This document shows positions 39,930-53,029 of a DNA stretch of 64,000 bases, piece by piece. The notes under the pieces were generated by a model. The model searched no databases. It was given only the letters and a program-made list of their open reading frames with translations, and was not told the DNA's origin. Every line of letters begins with the position of its first letter. Position 1 is the first letter of the stretch. Made by a program: the position numbers and the translations under genes. Source of the DNA: the human T2T-CHM13v2.0 reference genome, Homo sapiens; contig CP068257.2 of assembly GCA_009914755.4 (NCBI GenBank), forward strand, positions 26,976,001-27,040,000. Direction: 5' to 3'.

Positions 39930-40650
39930 AGACCACAGCATTTATTTCCCAGTCTTGAAGGGATGAAGTGAAAAAATCAGCAGAAACCAGCAGATGGCCA
40001 AGAAAGTGATCCCTAGATACCCTCATTGCTCATTAGCCTAAGATACTCCCACGAGTGCCATGACAGTTTACAAATGCCAGGCAATTACCTGGGAGTTACT
40101 GACCCTTTCTGTGGCATTGACCCAAAAGTTACTGTTCCTTTCCTAGAAAGTTCTGAATCACCCACCCCTCAATTTGCATTAACCCTCCCCTTAATTTGCA
40201 TGTAATTGAAAGTGGGTGTGATTATAAAGAGAGATGCCAAGAGTCCATACATTGCCAACTCTCGGCACACTTCATGTGAGTTAGCCCTGCTCCACAAGGA
40301 GCAGTACTGGTCACTAAAGGATGTCTAACACCACTGGCTCATCCTTAAAAATATTTCCTGGGTGAAGGCTAAAACCCTCCAAGGCTAAATCCCAATTCTG
40401 GGACTTGCCTGTCCTGCATCAATATTGCTTGTTTAACATTCTCCAATGTCTTCCACCATACTCAGAAGAAAACCCAAACTGCTTACTCTGGATAACAAAG
40501 CCCTGCAAGATCTCTCCCTTCAAACTCCTTGAACCCATGACCACCCACTCTCTCCTTCATGCACTAGACTCCAACTAAACTGGTCCAGCTCCTTGTTCCC
40601 AATTTAAGGATCCTTGTCCTAGCTATTCAACCCAACTGGAAGGCTCATCC
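39930..40650 (+). mobile_element. ERV1-type LTR relic (family undetermined)
   Basis: …ccctcattgctcattagcctaagatactcccacgagtgccatgacagtttacaaatgccaggcaattacctgggagttactgaccctttctgtgg… Shares the motif ctcattgct…gccatgacagtttaca[a/g]atgcca.ggcaa with the relic at 61290-61640. Confidence 0.3.
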
Positions 40651-43600
40651 TTCTAATACTTTTATGACTAATGTCTTCTTTTCATTCCGATCTTTTTTTA
40701 AAAGGAAACAACCTCACAGGGACCTCCCTCAAGCACCCATATTAAAATCGCTTCTCAGTCAATTGCGTATCACTTCTGCACAACATTTCTTAACATCCGA
40801 CAAGTTTCTTGTTTGTTTACAGTCTCAGCTGCCCACAAGAATAAATAAATGAAAGCATTGCTGCTTCCACAGAAATCTTGGACCCCTGATACAAGCACTG
40901 ATTTGTGTTTAGTTCATTGGACTATAAAGAGTTTTGAAATCTCAATTGTCACCTGGACTAGGTCTAATGCATGCACTAGCAACAAAACCAGATATTATTG
41001 AGAAATTATGTAAGCCTAAATGATCATGAAAAATGTATCTGGCTCTATGATTAGCAAAAGAAAAAACTGTAAACTATCTTTTTATCCCTTGAAGTCATTA
41101 GCTTTAAGTCAAAAAGACTAATGAAATAAAACAACTTCAAACGCTAACCTATATGCAAACTGTGTTTACCAACTGGAATTATTGTTGACCAATGGTATTT
41201 GAAAGTCACTAACAAAAATGATGTGACAATTGTCAAATGAGCAGAAAGTACAGCAACCATGAAGAGGAAGATCTGATAAAACTCTGAGAAAACATGTGGA
41301 TTTGAGTCACAGAACATTGCACTGGTCTCACTGTCTTCTTGAAGGCCGATCAGAACAGGTTCGTACAATGAAAGAGCATTTAGTAAGTTATGGATCGTGG
41401 GCCATATCCTTATAGGCCATTAATTTGTTAATTTCAAAAACAGCACAGTGTTTTGTGCAACTAAGTATACTGTCTGCCTGCACAGAGTCTAAAAAATGTT
41501 GAAGTCTACTAACAGCTTTCATGGTTATCTCCAGCATTTTCTTTCTTTCTCTGCTTAGTTACTCACTTTGGAAGGGAAGGATACTGAAGGATAACCTCTG
41601 ACAAGTAGTATCTTTTTTTGGTGGTAGAAAGGCACAAAAGTTAGAGATCCATAAAGCTATTTTTTCACCAGCACTCTAAGTCAAGGAAAGCATAAGAATT
41701 GTTTCTGAGCAGATGTTCTCTCCCGTGGAACTTGCCAGGACAGAGTTTCTACTGTCTCGAAAAAAATAAAACACACATTTTAATGTATTTCTCTTAACGT
41801 CTCATTTTCAGTGCTGTCCAAACAAAAACCTGGCTACAGGTTCAGACTTACTGAAACAAGTCAATGAAATCTGCTTGGAATTCATAGTTTTAGCATAAAG
41901 CACCCAATTTTAGAAAAGTGGTTCTGCACATTAGGTTAATACATTAAGTTAGTTGTTTTCTGCAATAGGGTTATTGTAGATACCTAAAAACAGAGGTTTG
42001 GCAGCCTAGAATTCCTTATGCCAAGGATACAAAATGCTGGATATAAAATCCAATTTCCACCTGCTTACTTGAATATCTATTTTGACCAGGTATGTAAAAG
42101 ACATGTACTTGCTGAAAATGTTGTCTTTTACGCTCACCACTCACTTCATGCTGCTTAAATATCCATCTTTAATGAACTCACCTGGAAACTAATTCACTTT
42201 GAAAGCAAATATTTACCAAAAAAATCTGAGGCCAATAGATGGGTATTATAGAAAAAATTACATGTGTTCTCAAAGCACATTTTGAGCCTAATATACCTTT
42301 AAAATACCCCTCTTTTTCTATTAAAATATTATGACAAAATGTTCTACTGTTGGAAAATACCCAAGTCCCCTCCTCTATTTGTCTATTCTATTTTTCACTA
42401 ATTTCAATGAATACAATAAGTTTTTTATTTTGAATTTGTTTTGAACAAACTAGTATAGGGCAAAAAATGAACAAATGAAAACTATGTGGTTAGCTGCCTG
42501 AGGTAATTGCTTGTAAATGTGATAGTGTCTAACTGCATAAAAATTTGCTATAAATAAGAAAAAAATAAATCTGACTCTAAGTAGTTTTAAAAATCCATTT
42601 GAATTCATCAAGGAGAATAGGAAATACATTTTCTTTTCCAAATCCATCTCAATTGAATTAAAAACTCTTTGAGGGCAGGAAGCAGCTCAGACTGGTGGGT
42701 AAAACCTTGGAAATTTGAAATAAGACAACTCAGGATAGTAGCCCAGGTATTTAAACCACTGTGTGACCTCTGCCAGGTTTCTTATTCTCTCTAGGCTTGA
42801 ATTTCCCAACTGTAAGATAAGGATAATAATATCTACTTCATAGGATTGTGGTGTGAATTAAAGATCTGAGCATCTGACTCATGGTACGCTCCAAGTCAGT
42901 ACTAGCTCTCTGATATTTCCCAAAACACACAGCTCAGGTATTTACATACTGGATACTCAATGACTGTTTCCTAAATGAAATAAAATTAAATGTTATTTCC
43001 ACTCTATAAAATATCTGCATTTATATAAGAAATAATTACAATTAATAGGACTTTTGGCAACTTTTGATTCTTATAACTTGAGATTGCTTCTACTTTCTCA
43101 TTTGTACATATCCTATCTTACTCCTAGCCCCAAACCAAAATGTAAAATTTGTGCACGATTAGAATCTATTTAAATGTATGAAAAGTCATACTTTAAATAT
43201 CCAACTGAGTTTTGTCAGGAAAATAAAGTCAAAATCAACATTATGAGAAAAATGAATTAAATATACAAATTCAGGCTACACAAATAGAGGATGCAGCAAT
43301 GAAGGTTTAGAAGATGATGGCCGAGGTATCTCTTAACTAGGGGGGGAAGCCATTTATCTCTAGAAAGTTCAAGAAACTGACACAACCCAAGAAGTGGACC
43401 TTGTGGAAAATTCTAGAAACCACATCCTTTGCCACAACCTATAGAAAACACGGTCTGGGGAAGTCCAAGAAAGTACCAGAACCACTAACGGCTTGTGGAG
43501 AGGTCTAAAAACCAGCTGCACCTAACAATCAGGACAGTCCCAGGATAACAGCTTCCACTTCATTTGCAACTTCCAAATCCCACTCAAATCCCTCTTGTGG

Positions 43601-46600
43601 GTGAATTCTAACCCAGCACCACTTAGGAATAAGAACATAGGGAAATACAGTCCTCAGCCTTAGACAGGGCTCTTGGTGGTGGTGCCACATTGAAAACAAC
43701 CAACCTAGCACAGTCCATGCAATACCCTTGTTAACTCATTGACTCAACATCCATCCTACTACTAAAACCATCTTTAATTTCCAAATAAAGACAATGACAA
43801 CATCAGGCCTCCACCTAAACTAATGCAACCTATCATTTACACGACCAAAGACATACTAATCATCTGCCTCACAAAGGAGGCAAAGAGTCCACATGCCACT
43901 GTTAATTCTTTCTAAATACAAAGCAAGATAAGCCCATCAACCAAAGGCAATATAGTACAAGGACTTAAGTGTCAGAAAGACCAAGGGTCAAATCTTAGCT
44001 CTTTTACTTGACCATTGTGTAACTTTGATAAATTACATAACTCTCTGATCCTTCATTTCTTCAAGAGAAAAATGAAAAACACCTACCTTCTAAGACTACT
44101 GTAAACATTTACAATAATATTTGTGACAATTCTGTTTCATAGTAAGTGCTCAACAAGTAATTAGCCTTTATCAATATCTATTTTAAGTGGCATGGATAGA
44201 GTAACATTTCTTGCTGATCATTTTTTGTCATGCAGCATATTACATTCATGTTTTCTCAACATTATATTAAACGGTTTTCATACACAACTATGTATGTTTT
44301 TCTATTGTAAAAACTTCCTAAAACAAACATCAGCTGAAATTTCCTAATTTAAATGACCAATTTCTTGATCCTGCTTAGGTTAAACAGATCTGCATAAAGA
44401 TACAGAAAAGTGATTGAACAGTCAAGAGGTAGCAGCAAACCCTAAGAAAAAGGAAGGTCAAAGAACTGAATTATATACAAGTTACCTGATCAGCTCCTAA
44501 ATAATAGAAAATTTACTGTTTATCCAAAAGGACAGCAGTCCTATTTACCTAAATTATGCCAAGAGTGACTTCAGAGAGGAATTAGCTTTCACTTCTACAA
44601 AGATCTAACCCATGAGTTTGTAACTTTAATATTCTGACTTCATGTCAAAGGAGAAAAATCTCAACTCAATTATCCTACCAGAAAACACAAATTGGTTGAC
44701 ATTGGCAGACTACAACAACACCATGAAAATTGTAACTGCAGAGAAAAGACAAAACAAAAAAACCTCTGGAAGTCAGAACACTTGAGATTCATATCCTCAT
44801 AACTTGGAAGGTTATTCTTTTGTTTGGACAAAGAATACTGGAGTTTTTTAAATGTTTGTACTTCAACTCATCCATACTTATGATATAATCCCCAAAAAGC
44901 AGCCAGCAACCCAAACCTTTAAGGCTGCCAACCAGGAAAAATAACTTAGCACAACAATGATCTTTTCTAACCATAAATAATGGTATCTTGGGCCAAGCTT
45001 CCTAGATAGACTTGGATTGAAACAGCTCTTTACCCTAGGGCTATTAACTGTATAACATGGATATTGAGAGGAAAAAGGCAAAAAGAAAAAATGCAAAGGA
45101 ATAAAATTAATTCTTAAAATACCTCAAATTTTGAATAAATGGGGACATGGACTTCTTGAATGGTAGTTCTGTGAATTAAGACAAGCCATTTCTTGGTATG
45201 TGTGCAAAAATCCTAGAAGTTGTGGGATGCTTAAAATTATGTTTATGACTCCAAAACTCAAGTGTGCATGTCAAATATAGGTTGTAGGGACAGATCTCAA
45301 CTAATCTCTGTATGGTATTTGGCTCTAACACCAAAATAATAGGACCTAAAAGAGAAACAACATTAAAGTCCTACCATCCAAAACCCAAACAATTTTGTAA
45401 CTAGGATACTAATAAAAGAATAACTGGAGCCTCTAGAGTTCCAGTAGCTCAGTTTGGTTAGAGGCTACTTCAAAGGATATTAAAAATGCCCGAAACCAAT
45501 AGAGTGGGAAAGTTGGCTTGAGGGCCCTAAGAAAATGCATAGAACAGAATTCTGATTCAGTGGGGCTCCTGATGAGGTAGCAGAGGAATAAATACAACCC
45601 ACTTCAAGTTAAGATGAAGCCTAGGTGCCCATTTTAAATTGCCCTAAAATAGAGCTGAAAGGTCTTCTGCCTGTGCAATTGCCATGTTGAAGACCTTTGT
45701 TCTGCCTGCAGGAGGTTGTAATCTGGTCCTGCTATTCTGACTCCTTTTGACTAAAAACAAATGACATGTAAACAAATACAGCTTCCATGTTACACTGGCA
45801 TGATTTTAATGTCATATTTACCAATCTCATATGAGCTATTTGCCTAAGATTCAATTAGACTTTAAGAAATCGTATTATATCGTTGACTTGTCCCAAGCTC
45901 ATGACTGACAAAAAACCTCTTGTCCTTTTCATGTAAATTAATGTTAAGGCACATCTTGTCTGCTGCATATGCTGAATCTTTAGATTCATTGTAGCACTTT
46001 ACGTTAATTGCTATTACATTTCATCTTGTTAAACCTGGTCACTTATTTTACCTGCGTCTGATCTCGATTCTGCCCTCCAATATATTAGCTAAAGTTCCAA
46101 AGTCCATGTTAACTATTTGTTTCCTATGGCCACCAACAGTGTTGAGTAGGTATAATCTCAAACATTTGCTGCATGTAACCAGCTACTTCCTGACTGTCAA
46201 AAATATTGATTGCTTTTCTTAGATACAAACTATCAGTCAAAACTTTACAAATTCTCCTGAATACATTATCATCCTGACATTTTTCTTTTTGTCCACAAAG
46301 ATATTCTCTCCATATCTGTCTGATAAACTAGTTTCTGATATACATTTTCCTAATCAATCAGCCTAGAAGCTTTATTCAATAAAGAAATTTGGAAAATTTG
46401 AAAAGCCTTGTTCTACATGATTTAATAATAACCCACTGCAAGCGCTTCAGCTTTCTCAAAGAGTTCAAAAGATACCTTCTAATTAACCTGTTAGAGCATT
46501 TTGTTCCAAATGGACAATCAAGTTCCTCAATCTGTATCAAAATATTTTTATCAGTTCAGAATTTTGATAACCATTTTAGCAGCATTTGCCCATTTCTCAT

Positions 46601-49600
46601 TTTTCAGCACCTTTATCTTCATCCCAGGCATTTTAAAAGTGCCAAAAGAAGTGAAGAAGCTCATTGCCACATTTTCTGTTCAAGAGGAAAGGTAGAAACC
46701 AAAGAGAACTATTTGAGTATGAAATTCCCTTCCATATTCATATACCCTGGACTCAACATTGCAATATAATGAAAAATTAAAATGGGTTAGACTTGAAGAT
46801 TTGGGGTATACTTCTAACAAAAGAGAAATAGGTAATGAGACATCTCATGCTTAGCCCAAAGGATACCATTATTTTCCACAATCCACTAACCAAATATCTC
46901 CATATCAGATAAGGTAAGTCCTCTAACCTAGTTATTCATCTTCAGTATTGCCTGGGCTATCTTTGGTCTCTTGCCTTTCACACAAATTTTAGAATTATCC
47001 TAACAATATAGTTACACATACATATGTGCAAGCACATAAAAAAGTGCTAGAATTTTTATTGGGATGGCACTGAACCTAAATCAATTTGGGGAGAATTGAA
47101 ATACTGAAGAGATTATAGCTTTCTATTTATTAGATCCTTTTTAAATTTTTCTCAATAATGTGTTGTAGTTTTCTGTATAGAGGTTTTGCACAACTTTTAA
47201 TAGACTTATTCCTGGTATTCAGTATTTTTATATTATTGTTCATGGTATTATTTTTAACTTTTAATCTTTCATTTGTTTTTTTCTAGAGTGTAAAATAAAA
47301 CTGATCAAGCTGAAATACAATGACTTTGCTAAACTCACAAATCAATTCTCATAATTTATCACTTAATTTTTGGATTTTTCTACCTAAAACTTAATATCAT
47401 CTGTGAATAATTATAATTTTGTTAATCTTTATAGTTTTTACTTCTTTTTATTGCCTTCTGGAAATGATAAAAAAACTTCCACTAACATGTTGAACAGTAA
47501 ATTGGGCAAGCTTTACTTGTTCCTAATCTCAAAGGCAAAGTTCTTACTATTTTACTTTTACATAAAATGTTAGCTGGAGGATTTGGGGTAACTCTTCTTT
47601 ATCAGATTGTGAATTTTTTCTATATAAACTATCTATACTAAGAATTTTTAATCATAAATTTTCTCAAATTATTTTATATATTTATAATATTTTTATCTTT
47701 TGTTTTTTAATGTGATGGACTACATTGGTTTATGATCAAATTTTAAACTAATCTCGCATTCCTAGAACATAAAAAAACTTAATTGTGGTGTAATATATTG
47801 TTATATTTGGTTAGTGATTATTTTGTTTAGGAGTTTTGGACCATTGTTAATATGTGAGATTGTCCTGTAATTTTTCTTCCTTTGTCTGGTTTTAAAATCA
47901 AAGTTTGGAGAACATCATAAAATGAGATGGCTGATTGTTCCCCTATTACTATTTTTTGGAAGAATTTGTAAATGATGGCCATTAAGCCTTTTTAAAAAAT
48001 GGGACAGAACTCAATAGTGAAGCTATGTGAGCCTGAAGTTATCTTTGAACGAAGTATTCAAATATGAACCAATTGTTTAATACTTAAAGAACCACTTACA
48101 TACTCTACTTTTTTAAGGCCAGTTTGGTAAATTTTTTTCTAGAAATAGGTCCATTTCTTCTAAATTTCCAAGTTTATTGGACTTGGGTTGTTAAAAATAT
48201 CTTACCTTTCTCATCTCTATCAGTTCTATGGTTATTTACTGACATTATTTGTGCCTTCTCTATTTTTTCCTCATCATTCTTCCCAGGAGCTTACCAACTT
48301 TATTAATCCTTCAAAATAACTAATTACTGGCTTTGTATTTTCTTCTATCTTTGATGTCTAATTAATTTATGGTATCTTTCTGATTTTCTAAAGTTTCTGC
48401 CATCTTCGTATTTCACTTTTTGTTCTTTTTCTAACTTCTTGAGCTGGACACATAAATTTCTAATTGCACCTTCATCTTTTCTGAAATATTTAGTTAAGGC
48501 TCTAAATGTTCCTCTAAGGACTACTTTATTTATAACTACTTTATTTATGCAATATTTCACTATAATTTTATCATATCATTAATTTTTAAATATATGGGAT
48601 TTTAACAGCACTGTGATCAGAGAAACTATATTTTTCAATTTTGTGATTATGCTAATGACTAAAAGTGCTAGGTTTTGCTGTCTCTGTCTTAACATCAGCA
48701 ATGAAAATAACATATATATGTATGCAAATATATATATATATATGTTCTCTTTTCTTGAGGAAGCTCATGCTGAGTCTCTTGTATTTCATTTCCTGGTTCT
48801 AATGAAGTTCTTTTACTCATATTTCCCCTCCACCTTAAGAACTCTTCATTCCTCTAGCCCAGCACTCTCTGATGGAACTTTACGTGATGACAGAAACGTT
48901 CTGTATCTCCACTGTCCAATACAGTAGCCAGTAGCCACGTGTGGCTATTGAGTGCTTGAAATGTGACTAGTGTAACTGAGAAACAGTTTTTATATTTTAT
49001 TTATGTTTAATTAACTAAATTTACATCTAAGTAACCAAAGTGAGTAGAAGCTACCACATTGAACAGCACAAGTGGAATCATCCCATTCTCTCTCTGTTAG
49101 TTAGGATGTAGTCAGGAAGAAGTTATTTGAACAGAGAGAAAGTACCATAAATAATTGTTAACTAAGTATACATTTTGTTAATTAGAGAAAAAGAGAGACT
49201 CTAAGGCATCACAGAAGTGGCAACTGGGTGAAGCAACTGTCATCTCTAGAGCTGAGGGAAGGAAATAAACAATCTGAAATATTAAACTTAGAAGCTTGGG
49301 GAAGAGGCCCATGAAGCAGGAGCAGATCTCTGAAAGGGAAATGAGGGTGGGCGGGAGAGGGTCACGCTGATACGTGTAAACTGTACACTACAAGCTGTAT
49401 TCAGCTTGTCACATCCTGAAAGAATTGCTGCTGCCAAGCTGAAGGAATGTTGCTGATGCCCCACTGATAGACTTTTGCTCTCACAGGAACCAACTGGAAG
49501 GAGCAGGTTTGTCATCTGCCTCCAGTCATGCAGCCTCCCTCTTTCCCCCTCCGCTGGCTGAGTCTAACAGGAAGCATTTCACAAAGCAAAAAGGTGGCTT

Positions 49601-49674
49601 TCAGAGTCCAGGTCCAGGCACCATGAAGCCAATCACAGAAGGGTGTGTTCAAAGTTAAGAACCCAAAACCAACT

Positions 49675-50052
49675 AATATGGTTTGGCTGTGTCCCCACCC
49701 AAATCTCATCTTGAATTGTAGTTCCTATAATTCTCGTGTGTCGTGGGAGGGACCCAGTGGGAGGTAATTGGATCGTGGAGATGGTTACTCCCATGCTGCT
49801 GTTCTCGTAATAGTGAGTGACTTCTTATGAGATCTGATGATTTTATAAGGGGCTTTTCCCTCTTTTTCTCTGCACTTCTCCTTCTTGCCATCATGTGAAG
49901 AAGGACGTGCTTGCTACCCTTCCACCATGACTGTAAGTTTCCTGAGGCCTCCCCAGCCTTGCAGAACTGTGAGTCAATTAAACTTCTTTCCTTTATAAAT
50001 TACCCAGTCTCAGGTATGTCTTTATTAGCAACATGAGAACAGACTGATACAC
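49675..50052 (+). mobile_element. THE1-family (MaLR) solo LTR
   Basis: atatggtttggctgtgtccccacccaaatctcatcttgaattgtagttcctataattctcgtgtgtcgtgggagggacccagtgggaggtaattggatcgtggag…gagatctgatgattttataagg…gcagaactgtgagtcaattaaacttctttcctttataaattacccagtctcaggtatgtctttattagcaacatgagaacagactgatacac. Confidence 0.85.
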
Positions 50053-52101
50053 CGACATACTCTCTTATCTGTTTCTCCATTCTCCCCTCCTCTTGCTTTC
50101 CCCAAGCCCAATCTTAACTGCTCCCTAAGAGAAAAAGCATACCTCTGAGAACCTTCCAGCACCTCCAGCACTGATCCAGTTTCTTAGATCTTTGTTTCAA
50201 CTTCAGTGGGAGATAAAGGAGAGAAATAATCTCTCAATGGAGAGTGAAAAAACGAGAAGAGAATACACAAAGAATAATCTGATGTAAAGATATAACTCTA
50301 CCATGCTGTTTTCATATTTTGATAAAGACGCTGGAAGAAAGACATAATTTCCTACTAAAAGAGAAATGAGAAAGTGCAATGATAAGTGTAGTGAAGTCAC
50401 AGAAACAAGTAGGGACTGTGGAGGACACATGCCTGTCTAAAGAGGGCAGCAGCCATCCAGCCAGCCTGGGACTGCAGTGCGGTAATGTGAGCCCAGTGTT
50501 CCCAGATCTCCTAATTTTTTGAGAGATGCCAGAAATCTGGATTTTTATGTGAAAGCATCCAATTTCATAATGTTGGCTCAGGAAAGTTTTAAACATTGTA
50601 CCAGCCAAATGAAACACTGCGATGGGCCAAATCCAGCCTGTGGGCCATGGTTTGGGACTTCTGCAGTGCAGCATGTGGACAAAAGGGGCTCTGCAGCAAT
50701 GATATATGGACCTCAACTATCCCATCACATGGCCCATCGGCAAGAACAGACTAGTTCAACATTAGGTGCCAACTTTAATTTTAATGCAATGTTGGTTACT
50801 TGGGATGGGTTTCTTTTTGTTGCTGTTTCTGTTGTTTCTCTCTGTCTTTTTTGTTATTGTCATTGATGACGTTAGGACAAAGTCCGTCTAACCTAGCACT
50901 GTCAGCCACTACCATGATCACTCACTTCAATGTGGAGTTAATTTAAAATGAACACTTTGGAGGAAATAAATTGTATAAATGAAACATATAATCATTATTC
51001 TGAGGGTTTGGCATTTACTTCAAGAGAGCGGGCATCTCTTTAGTTTGTAAGAGCAAGAGTCCATCAGCGGGACATGTAGTTGAATATGCAAACTGAAGGC
51101 AAATTGAAATAGACTAACACCGATGTATATACATACATACGCATTGTACATATAGTATGCTCATATATAAAGCTTCATTGTCTTTGGCAAAAACTTTTTT
51201 ACAGCTCTATTACAAAACAATAAAGTATATTGCAAAATAAAACGTGTAGACATTAAAACTGGAATTAGTTTTATATGTGTTTACATTTGTCAAATCTTTT
51301 AGTAAGTTCTTTGATGCTTGATTCTTTCATTTGTTTGAGTATAAGAAAATCTTTTACCCATATGGAAGCTTTACACATATTCCTAAGCCACATGGAATAG
51401 ACACTTTGACTTGTATGCAAAAGATTTGTGGTCTTTGCAAAGCCATTATAATTTCTCTTTTGGTACAATTGAAACCATAAATAAATATATGTACATGCAT
51501 TGTATAAATTGTGTCATATGTTTCTGGGTATCTTACTTGCTCTTATTCTAGAAAAATAAATCACTACATAGGCCCACACTTTGAAGGAGCAGTGGATTTT
51601 ATCAAATACAATATTTCTCTTTCTTCTTTCTCTACCTTCACCCAACTCAAATTAGCACTTTACTTACACTACCATCAACCATCTGTACTACAGTTTATTC
51701 TTATAAAATAGGGATAGTGCAGAGTATTGAAAGCATGACTTTTTCCTCCTAAAACTTTGCCTTTTAAAAAATATATATATATTGTAAGCTAAAGAGAAAA
51801 GATAATCACTCTACTAGAATTCTAGCAGACTATACCTTCAGGTCCTTCTCTATGTGCACTACATTTGAAATAATTCCTGCATGCTTCAGTCTCTAATAAT
51901 AATTATTTCACAGGTTGAAATGCTCAGAAAGGAAAATAAATTAGACCTTTAGATTACAGTAGCATTACTATATGATTAATAAATGCTAGTTTTTGATACT
52001 CAAGAGGGGTAGATTTTGTTCAGAAGATTACTTTGGTTTTAAAAATTAATATTTATTATAAGTTAAAAGTTTGTAAGACTAATTCACTCCTAAGCTTTTC
52101 A

Positions 52102-52440
<339 letters not shown>

Positions 52441-52501
52441 GTAAATAAATCTAAAAAAGATTAATTTATAAACACATTTGAAAACTTATTTATATTTCTT
52501 T

Positions 52502-53029
52502 TTTTTTTTTTTTTTTTTTTTTACTTTTTAATTTTCTTTTTTTTTTTTTTAATTTTTTTTTTTTTTTATTATAGTCTAAGTTTTAGGGTACATCACACTC
52601 TGGGGACTGTGGTGGGGTCGGGGGAGGGGGGAGGGATAGCATTGGGAGATATACCTAATGCTAGATGACACGTTAGTGGGTGCAGCGCACCAACATGGCA
52701 CATGTATACATATGTAACTAACATGGCAATCATTAAAAAGTCAGGCAACAACAGGTGCTGGAGAGGATGTGGAGAAATAGGAACACTTTTACACTGTTGG
52801 TGGGACTGTAAACTAGTTCAACCATTGTGGAAGTCGGTGTGGCGATTCCTCAGGGATCTAGAACTAGAAATACCATTTGACCCAGCCATCCCATTACTGG
52901 GTATATACCCAAAGGACTATAAATCATGTTGCTATAAAGACACATGCACACGTATGTTTATTGCGGCACTATTCACAATAGCAAAGACTTGGAACCAACC
53001 CAAATGTCCAACAATGATAGACTGGATTA
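52502..53029 (-). mobile_element. Very young (L1HS/L1PA2-like) complex L1 insertion. Interrupted poly-A tail (poly-T on +), a 26-bp sense 3' tip, then two inverted and permuted blocks (3'UTR block, then ORF2 C-terminal block)
   Basis: On the + strand the order is: poly-T (52502-52567); attatagtctaagttttagggtacat (antisense L1 tip); cacactctggggactgtggtggggtcgggggaggggggagggatagcattgggagatatacctaatgctagatgacacgttagtgggtgcagcgcaccaacatggcacatgtatacatatgtaactaac (sense 3'UTR block, 52594-52722); atggcaatcattaaaaagtcaggcaacaacaggtgctggagaggatgtggagaaataggaacac…caaatgtccaacaatgatagactggatta (sense ORF2 C-terminus, 52723-53029). Near-identical to the young L1 consensus. ORF 52702-53040 is the ORF2 C-terminus. 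Flanked by the 12-bp TSD ttatatttcttt (52490-52501 and 53027-53038). Confidence 0.85.
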
